Virus record (IMG/VR): IMGVR_UViG_3300020394_000267
Location: 1 to 64,000 of that record
DNA: 64,000 bases
Origin: a virus
Reading direction: 5' to 3' (one strand)
This document shows, in pieces, positions 59,007 to 64,000 of the stretch (the first letter of the stretch is position 1; each line of letters starts with the position of its first letter). The translations under genes were made by a program, and so were the position numbers. The notes under the pieces were generated by a model. The model was not told the origin of the DNA. It saw only the letters and a program-made list of their open reading frames with translations, and did no database searches.

Positions 59007-59369
59007 ATGGCGTATGTATCCCAAGAAAAGAAAAAGGAACTTGCGGTTGGTATCAAAGCGGTACTTAAAAAGTACAAGATGAAAGGTACTATCGCGGTTA
59101 ACAATCATTCTACTTTGGTTGTCAATCTAAAGTCTGGGCCTATCAACTTCAAGGCGCAAAACGAACATTACCAAGTTAATCCTTACCATGTCGAGTCACA
59201 ATGGACTGGCGTTGCTAAGGAGTTTCTGCTTGAGTTGTTGGAAGCGATGAAGGGTGAAGGTACTGGATGGTTTGACAAGTCCGATATCATGACCGACTAC
59301 TTCCATACTGCTTGGTACAATGATATCAACATTGGAAAGTGGAACAAATCTTACGAACTAACTGCTTAA
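59007..59369 (+). CDS. Conserved early phage protein
   Basis: MAYVSQEKKKELA..IK.VLKKY, DIMTDYFH..WY..I.IGKW. Confidence 0.85.
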   Translation: MAYVSQEKKKELAVGIKAVLKKYKMKGTIAVNNHSTLVVNLKSGPINFKAQNEHYQVNPYHVESQWTGVAKEFLLELLEAMKGEGTGWFDKSDIMTDYFHTAWYNDINIGKWNKSYELTA

Positions 59370-59379
59370 GGAGAGAGTT

Positions 59380-59643
59380 ATGACAGTTGAAACTATCAAA
59401 AAAGAAATGCTGACGATGAGTCAAGAAGAGTTGAGTATGATTATTCATTATGCTCAACGCATCAAATCGGTATCGGCGACTGCCACCTTTTCGGTGGGTC
59501 AAAAGGTTGTCGTTGTTCAGAAAACCAAACGCCGTGAAGGTACGATTCTCAAGATGAATACCAAGAAGGCTGTTGTCGAGATGCCTTGGCAAGGTCGAAT
59601 CGCTTCGGTTTCTGTTCCATACTCTATGCTGGAGGCAGCGTAG
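59380..59643 (+). CDS. Small SH3/KOW-like protein
   Basis: FSVGQKV...GTILKMN.KKA.V...VPYSML. Confidence 0.7.
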   Translation: MTVETIKKEMLTMSQEELSMIIHYAQRIKSVSATATFSVGQKVVVVQKTKRREGTILKMNTKKAVVEMPWQGRIASVSVPYSMLEAA

Positions 59644-59646
59644 GGT

Positions 59647-60141
59647 ATGACATTATGCCTTCGCGTGACAGGTGGTAATAAATTCCAAAAACAGTTGGCG
59701 ATGGGGACGGTTCAGTTTGCTATGAATCGTCTTTTACCCAGCGTAAGGAAGTTAGATATCAATCTTCATATTCGGAGTTTCCAAAAAGAGGGTAGCACTA
59801 TTGGGTACTGTACAGATGATTCTTCAGACCCGATAGATTTTGTGGGTAAGTCGCCCAGACGATTTCAGATTGAAATATCAAAAGACTTGAACTTGACAGA
59901 TTTTATCAAGTGTGTATTACATGAATTTGTCCACCTCAAGCAATTTGTAAAACTTGAGATGGTAGAACAAGACTCTGGCAAAACACGATGGAAAGGTAAA
60001 TCCGTTTCCAAAAAGACAAAGTATTCAGACCAGCCTTGGGAGAAAGAGGCGTATAGACTAGAACAGAAATTACTTTGGGAGTGCCTAGAGCAACAAGAGT
60101 TTTTGACAGGAAACATAGACAGTAATGGAGTGAAAATATGA
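59647..60141 (+). CDS. Zincin-like metallopeptidase
   Basis: HEFVHLKQ; Y..QPWEKEAY. Confidence 0.8.
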   Translation: MTLCLRVTGGNKFQKQLAMGTVQFAMNRLLPSVRKLDINLHIRSFQKEGSTIGYCTDDSSDPIDFVGKSPRRFQIEISKDLNLTDFIKCVLHEFVHLKQFVKLEMVEQDSGKTRWKGKSVSKKTKYSDQPWEKEAYRLEQKLLWECLEQQEFLTGNIDSNGVKI

Positions 60142-60302
60142 TAAGATGGTTTATAGGATTTTTCTTAGTCATAGGTGCCGCTGGTGGTTTAGAGCAGGAC
60201 ACTATGACTATTAATCAAACACTTGCATTTGCCTTTTTGGGATTTGCATTGATGGCTTGGGCAACCCCCAAGATTGTAGAACAATATGGAGATGATGTAT
60301 GA
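60138..60302 (+). CDS. Small two-TM protein (54 aa)
   Basis: GGAG RBS; ATGA overlaps on both sides. Confidence 0.6.
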   Translation: MIRWFIGFFLVIGAAGGLEQDTMTINQTLAFAFLGFALMAWATPKIVEQYGDDV

Positions 60303-60559
60303 TTCGATATAAACAAACTCGCACTCAAAACATTATTGATTTGGATGGCCCAGATGGTAATGCTTTTAACCTGTTGGCAATTGCAAGTAAACTGCTACGC
60401 CAACATGAGAACTTCAACCTTGACGATAGGTCACAGTCGTTGATTCTCGCGGAGATGAAGTCGGATGACTACACTCATTTGGTAAAGACATTCAATCAGT
60501 ACTTTGGTAGCATCTTTATTCTGGAAACTACCAACGAGGAATTGTTGGAGTCGTTATAA
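60299..60559 (+). CDS. Conserved hypothetical protein
   Basis: IDLDGPDGNAF.LL...EM.S.DY..L...F. Confidence 0.8.
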   Translation: MIRYKQTRTQNIIDLDGPDGNAFNLLAIASKLLRQHENFNLDDRSQSLILAEMKSDDYTHLVKTFNQYFGSIFILETTNEELLESL

Positions 60560-60885
60560 TGGGTATGCTGAATATGGGCGGTAGTCTGAGATATGACTAC
60601 TCTGGTCGTAAGCGTAAGGCGTATAAGAAGAACAATCCGCCCAAGCGTAAGACTACATTTGAGTCTAAACCCTTGCGAGTGCCTCATGACCGTCTTGAAG
60701 AGATGAATGAGCACAGGCGTAAGTATCCATCACTTAATTCTTTTGCCCCGACAAGTGGCACTAAGGATGATAACTGGATACGCGAGAAGCAAGAAATTTC
60801 ATCTGGTTACACGGTTGCACCCGCCTACAATAAAGGTGCATATCAAGTAATCGGTAAATCCAATATAAAAGATATTGGAAAATAA
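60559..60885 (+). CDS. Conserved basic protein
   Basis: YTVAPAYNKGAYQVI motif. Confidence 0.8.
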   Translation: MGMLNMGGSLRYDYSGRKRKAYKKNNPPKRKTTFESKPLRVPHDRLEEMNEHRRKYPSLNSFAPTSGTKDDNWIREKQEISSGYTVAPAYNKGAYQVIGKSNIKDIGK

Positions 60886-60898
60886 TTGAAAAAAACGC

Positions 60899-60947
60899 TT
60901 GACATTTGCAAAAAAGATCAGTATAATGGTTGAAAGTTGTATAAATA
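60899..60947 (+). promoter_or_regulatory. Tandem sigma70 (TTGACA-17-TATAAT) and late (TATAAATA) promoters for the tRNA/ncRNA
   Basis: 60899-60927 and 60940-60947; GATC in spacer. Confidence 0.8.
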
Positions 60948-60952
60948 AACAT

Positions 60953-61022
60953 GCGGTGGACGGTATTCGTACAATCCGTTTCCAACGGACAAGGTTAGGT
61001 GAAACTCCTAGACGCCGCTCCA
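60953..61022 (+). tRNA. Degenerate tRNA-Gly(UCC), 70 nt, encoded CCA
   Basis: GCGGTG/CGCCGC acceptor stem, U73, CCA; TCCG-TTTCCAA-CGGA anticodon arm; T-loop TGAAACT; minimal D arm. Confidence 0.75.
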
Positions 61023-61029
61023 ATTTTAC

Positions 61030-61276
61030 AGTTGTAGTCCTAGGCAAAGACTCCATCCTGTCACAAGTTAAACTGCCTCGACTGAACATTGATAGCCATG
61101 TAATGATGCATCAAAACAGTAGGTCGTTAAACCATAAGGAGCCCTGAGCAGTGGCGCAAGGTAACACACAGACCGAAAAAGGCTCAGTCCATCGACTACA
61201 TGAGGGCAGTGATGGCCTCGCATAACACAGATGGACAAAGAGAGCTGGGCATCTCTCTTCATCCTAAACTGCCCAC
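61030..61276 (+). ncRNA. Candidate pseudoknotted ncRNA / 5'-UTR element (possibly manA-motif-like)
   Basis: Several long-range complementary segments; no credible ORF. Confidence 0.5.
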
Positions 61277-61295
61277 TACTAGAAGGACAACAACA

Positions 61296-61457
61296 ATGAA
61301 GTACTTGAGTATATTAGTTGTTTGTATTATGATTACTGCATGTAGCGGAAGAATAAATTTAATCGCTGAATTACCAAAAGACCAAGACCTAGATGTAACA
61401 ATTAAAACATCCAAGTCTGGTGGTGTGCATAAATCTAATACACCAACAGCAGAATGA
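61296..61457 (+). CDS. Small lipoprotein
   Basis: MKYLSILVVCIMITAC lipobox; AAGGA RBS. Confidence 0.55.
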   Translation: MKYLSILVVCIMITACSGRINLIAELPKDQDLDVTIKTSKSGGVHKSNTPTAE

Positions 61458-61570
61458 AAAGACGATAAGATTTGTCTTTCATACGCACCGAACTTTTGTT
61501 ACGATGCGAATAAATGAATTGTGGGTGATTAACTTTTTGTTAATCTTAATTTGAAAAAACGGAGTATAGT

Positions 61571-61861
61571 ATGAAAAAGAAAACTTCACAAGCAACAAAG
61601 GTTATTTCAGCCTTGGAGAAGACAGACCAAGGTCTGACTGCTAACGAAATGAAAAATAGGTTTGGCGTAACTAATGCGAGAGCATTGGTGACACACCTTC
61701 GTCAGAATGGTTTCGCCATTTATTTAAACAAAACACCTAAGTACACTGACAGAAATGGCAATGTACGAAAAGGTGTTTCACGATACCGTTTAGGTACACC
61801 ATCTAGGGCAATTATTGCCGCTGGATACAAAGCCTTAGCAGCCTCAAGGGGTCTTGCTTAA
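61571..61861 (+). CDS. Small winged-HTH DNA-binding protein
   Basis: LTA..M..RFGV.N.RA.V..LR..G..IY...YRLGTPSR..IAAGY. Confidence 0.8.
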   Translation: MKKKTSQATKVISALEKTDQGLTANEMKNRFGVTNARALVTHLRQNGFAIYLNKTPKYTDRNGNVRKGVSRYRLGTPSRAIIAAGYKALAASRGLA

Positions 61862-61897
61862 GCTTTAACATTCGTTAGTTAATTATTCACAATGGAA

Positions 61898-61928
61898 TAA
61901 AGGGCAACTCAAGGTTGCCCTTTTTTTT
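61898..61928. terminator. Bidirectional intrinsic terminator between convergent units
   Basis: AAAGGGCAAC-TCAAG-GTTGCCC followed by T8. Confidence 0.85.
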
Positions 61929-61931
61929 AGC

Positions 61932-62102
61932 TTACACGCTCCACTTAGAACCGCGATAGATTCCAGATGTAGCAGGAACCCATTGCTCTCTTAGAGTGGG
62001 ATTATGTTTGACGCCACGATATAACATCTCTTGAGACTCGATTGTCTTATGAGTTATAGTTCCGTTATATTTAACGCCTCTGTAGTTTAGCTGTGTAGTC
62101 AT
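61932..62102 (-). CDS. DUF4278-like peptide (56 aa) with three YRG repeats
   Basis: LNYRGVKY, LYRGVKH, IYRGSKW; GGAGGTG RBS. Confidence 0.85.
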   Translation of the reverse strand: MTTQLNYRGVKYNGTITHKTIESQEMLYRGVKHNPTLREQWVPATSGIYRGSKWSV

Positions 62103-62126
62103 TTTGACACCTCCTGTATTAAGAGA

Positions 62127-62195
62127 TGCGTTCCTTCGGCGGAATTGCCTACTTCCGTCCACCGCTACATTTAGGGTGGATGAACGAATGTAGTC
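62127..62195 (-). promoter_or_regulatory. Glutamine riboswitch (Downstream-peptide / glnA family)
   Basis: CGTTCA...GACGGAAGTAGG...CCGAAGGAACGC; 5' CTACAT pairs with loop ATGTAG (pseudoknot); upstream of DUF4278. Confidence 0.88.
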
Positions 62196-62243
62196 TTTTC
62201 ACCCATGACTTATGGAGTACCGATTGGTACAGTATTATTTATC

Positions 62244-63644
62244 TTAACTTATCTTTACAAAGTATGAAGATTGGTCAACATCTGAACTCGCGTATCTAAA
62301 CATCTTTGTTATAAGGTCGTGTTGTTTCTTCTTACTTGCACCAGTTGAAGCAAATGCTTCTAGGAACATTAGACAGATAGACTTAGACATTCTAAAGTTG
62401 TCACCTTGTTCGTGGTTTGCCCACTCTTGTAGAAATACCTTTTCTGATACTATGTCAATTGATGGTTTACTTTTAGAATTATGTTTCTTATAAAGTTGGT
62501 ATGCCTTTGATGGCCATTTTGCATCGGTCTTGATTGACGCGAGAAATGCCTTTTCAGAACCTTTTCCATTGTAAATATCATTACCGAATACTTGTTTGCA
62601 ATAGAAGTCTACATTACCCCCACCTATTTTACCACCAGCGGCTGAACCACCTTTAATCTCACCCTGCCATGAAGTGTCACCACCGAATGTTCTGAATTGT
62701 ACCTCACCACCACTGGTGTCTATGTAGATGTCTTGAGAACTAAAGAAGTCCCCAGTTTTACCATATTTGAAACTGTTATAGGTAAATGTATCTTTGTTCG
62801 CCATTTGTTTCGGAGTATTGAACTCTTTCGCGGTTGCTGGAGTACTCTTACCTATTTTCTTGAGTGATATACCAAGAAGTTTACCCGCCTTTGCAAGTTT
62901 CATAACTTCTGCATTTAATTCACCCCAACTAGATGTGCTTTCTGCTAAAGGTTTTTCTAAAACACCAAATGTAGTTGCCCATATATCGCCGGGATTCCAT
63001 TTGTCATGTGAGAATGAGCCTGGTGCTTGTGGGTCATCTGAATCCTTATCTATTTTGTGACATTCTGCTTTGGCATCATACAGACCTTTCATAAAAGGTG
63101 ACCCTCGATGAAAATGTACAGCACCATTCCTAGTCATTTTCCTGCCATATTTTTCCCACAGTTTATTTGCGGTCTTTATATAAACATCCGTTTCAATCCA
63201 ATCAGCAGGCCCTTTATTTAAACAGTCTGTAAGTGATTTGTCGGTATGGGCAAACTTAGATGCGGATTTGAGTTGTGTTGGGGATACAGATTTACATGCA
63301 CCCTTCTTTACATTGAATACATATGCATTGTAGAAACATTGTAGTGATTCTGTCAGTGCGGTATCAGCTGCACCGCCACCAGAACCACCACCGCCACCGA
63401 AATCTTTATCCTTGAATATCTGTGACCGTCTTGCTTCTTTGGTTTGTCTGTTAGATTTGTAGGTTAGTATTTCAGTTTTTCTATCATAAGATATACCGTC
63501 TACTTTTGTACCAGACGCAGATGAACCTATAACAAATTTCTTTTTGTCTTTTATTTTTAGGTCGAATATGTCTAGCCTCGACTCACCAGCGTAATCGCCA
63601 GCGGAAGAACTCTTTCGCATATCATCTGCTGATAGTGTGGGCAT
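62244..63644 (-). CDS. Hypothetical protein, possible PD-(D/E)xK nuclease fold
   Basis: WNPGDIW...GISLKK. Confidence 0.7.
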   Translation of the reverse strand: MPTLSADDMRKSSSAGDYAGESRLDIFDLKIKDKKKFVIGSSASGTKVDGISYDRKTEILTYKSNRQTKEARRSQIFKDKDFGGGGGSGGGAADTALTESLQCFYNAYVFNVKKGACKSVSPTQLKSASKFAHTDKSLTDCLNKGPADWIETDVYIKTANKLWEKYGRKMTRNGAVHFHRGSPFMKGLYDAKAECHKIDKDSDDPQAPGSFSHDKWNPGDIWATTFGVLEKPLAESTSSWGELNAEVMKLAKAGKLLGISLKKIGKSTPATAKEFNTPKQMANKDTFTYNSFKYGKTGDFFSSQDIYIDTSGGEVQFRTFGGDTSWQGEIKGGSAAGGKIGGGNVDFYCKQVFGNDIYNGKGSEKAFLASIKTDAKWPSKAYQLYKKHNSKSKPSIDIVSEKVFLQEWANHEQGDNFRMSKSICLMFLEAFASTGASKKKQHDLITKMFRYASSDVDQSSYFVKIS

Positions 63645-63645
63645 C

Positions 63646-63804
63646 TTATCTCCCCTGTCCCCTATATTTCTTGTAAGACCTTTTTTTGTTTTTGTTCATC
63701 GTGGAAGTACTAATCTTCACACTGCGACTTCGCCCACCTATACCTTGTGAGGTACTTTTTTTTGTCGGTTCATGTACATGTACCGCGTTCCATTTTCTAG
63801 CCAT
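63646..63804 (-). CDS. Small basic conserved protein ending YRGQGR (52 aa)
   Basis: GGAGGAG RBS; KSTSQG...MNK.KKRSYKKYRGQGR. Confidence 0.75.
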   Translation of the reverse strand: MARKWNAVHVHEPTKKSTSQGIGGRSRSVKISTSTMNKNKKRSYKKYRGQGR

Positions 63805-63818
63805 TCACTCCTCCATTA

Positions 63819-64000
63819 TTATTGTGTATTTGACAGTGGATTTTCAAGCGCTTCTTCAATCTGTGTTCGTATAGATTTTCTGATTTCAATAAGTTCCTTA
63901 CTGGTATCTCTTTCAAGTTCATATAGTCTCTTATCAGACGCTCTTACATCCGAAAACAGAGATTGCATGTCTCCGTCTATTCTATTTATAGACTCTTTAG
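63819..64000 (-). CDS. Partial coiled-coil protein (5' end beyond the window)
   Basis: Open frame ending ALENPLSNTQ. Confidence 0.55.
   Translation of the reverse strand, partial: KESINRIDGDMQSLFSDVRASDKRLYELERDTSKELIEIRKSIRTQIEEALENPLSNTQ

Noticed and set aside
60899-61295. ORFs 60899-61147 and the 5' extension of 61200
   Set aside because: They overlap promoters, the tRNA and the structured RNA; the real start is probably 61296.
62103-62162. N-terminal extension of the DUF4278 ORF from GTG 62162
   Set aside because: It is the riboswitch; the SD points to the ATG at 62102.

Overview
This 64 kb window comes from a large T4-like (Tevenvirinae/Kyanoviridae-like) dsDNA myophage, probably marine. 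An IscU/IscA pair, IHF-like sites, a TonB-dependent receptor and spanins suggest a Gram-negative proteobacterial host. Nearly all genes are on the + strand; the last ~2 kb is on the - strand. Core genes: replication (gp45, gp44, gp62, regA, gp43, uvsX, gp41, gp61, rnh), nucleotide metabolism (thyX, nrdA, nrdB, dCMP deaminase), lysis (spanins, lysozyme) and a late block of probable head-internal proteins. Accessory genes include iscU/iscA, cobS/cobT-like, peroxiredoxin, hsp20, a TonB-dependent receptor, radical SAM, methyltransferases and SGNH-like paralogues. Most notable: (1) a Mom-like adenine-modifying enzyme plus a degenerate, probably non-proteinogenic tRNA-Gly(UCC), a candidate tRNA-dependent DNA hypermodification system; (2) strong GATC avoidance, except in the -10 box (GATCAT) of seven repeated early promoters, six with an IHF consensus upstream; (3) a ~0.8 kb non-coding locus with divergent promoters and a large structured RNA; (4) a second pseudoknotted RNA after the tRNA; (5) a glutamine (Downstream-peptide) riboswitch ahead of a DUF4278-like peptide; (6) probable virion-packaged RNA-ligase-like, nucleotidyltransferase and kinase proteins; (7) a 16-aa, 8-Cys micropeptide. 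All calls come from reading motifs by eye; no searches or folding programs were run.
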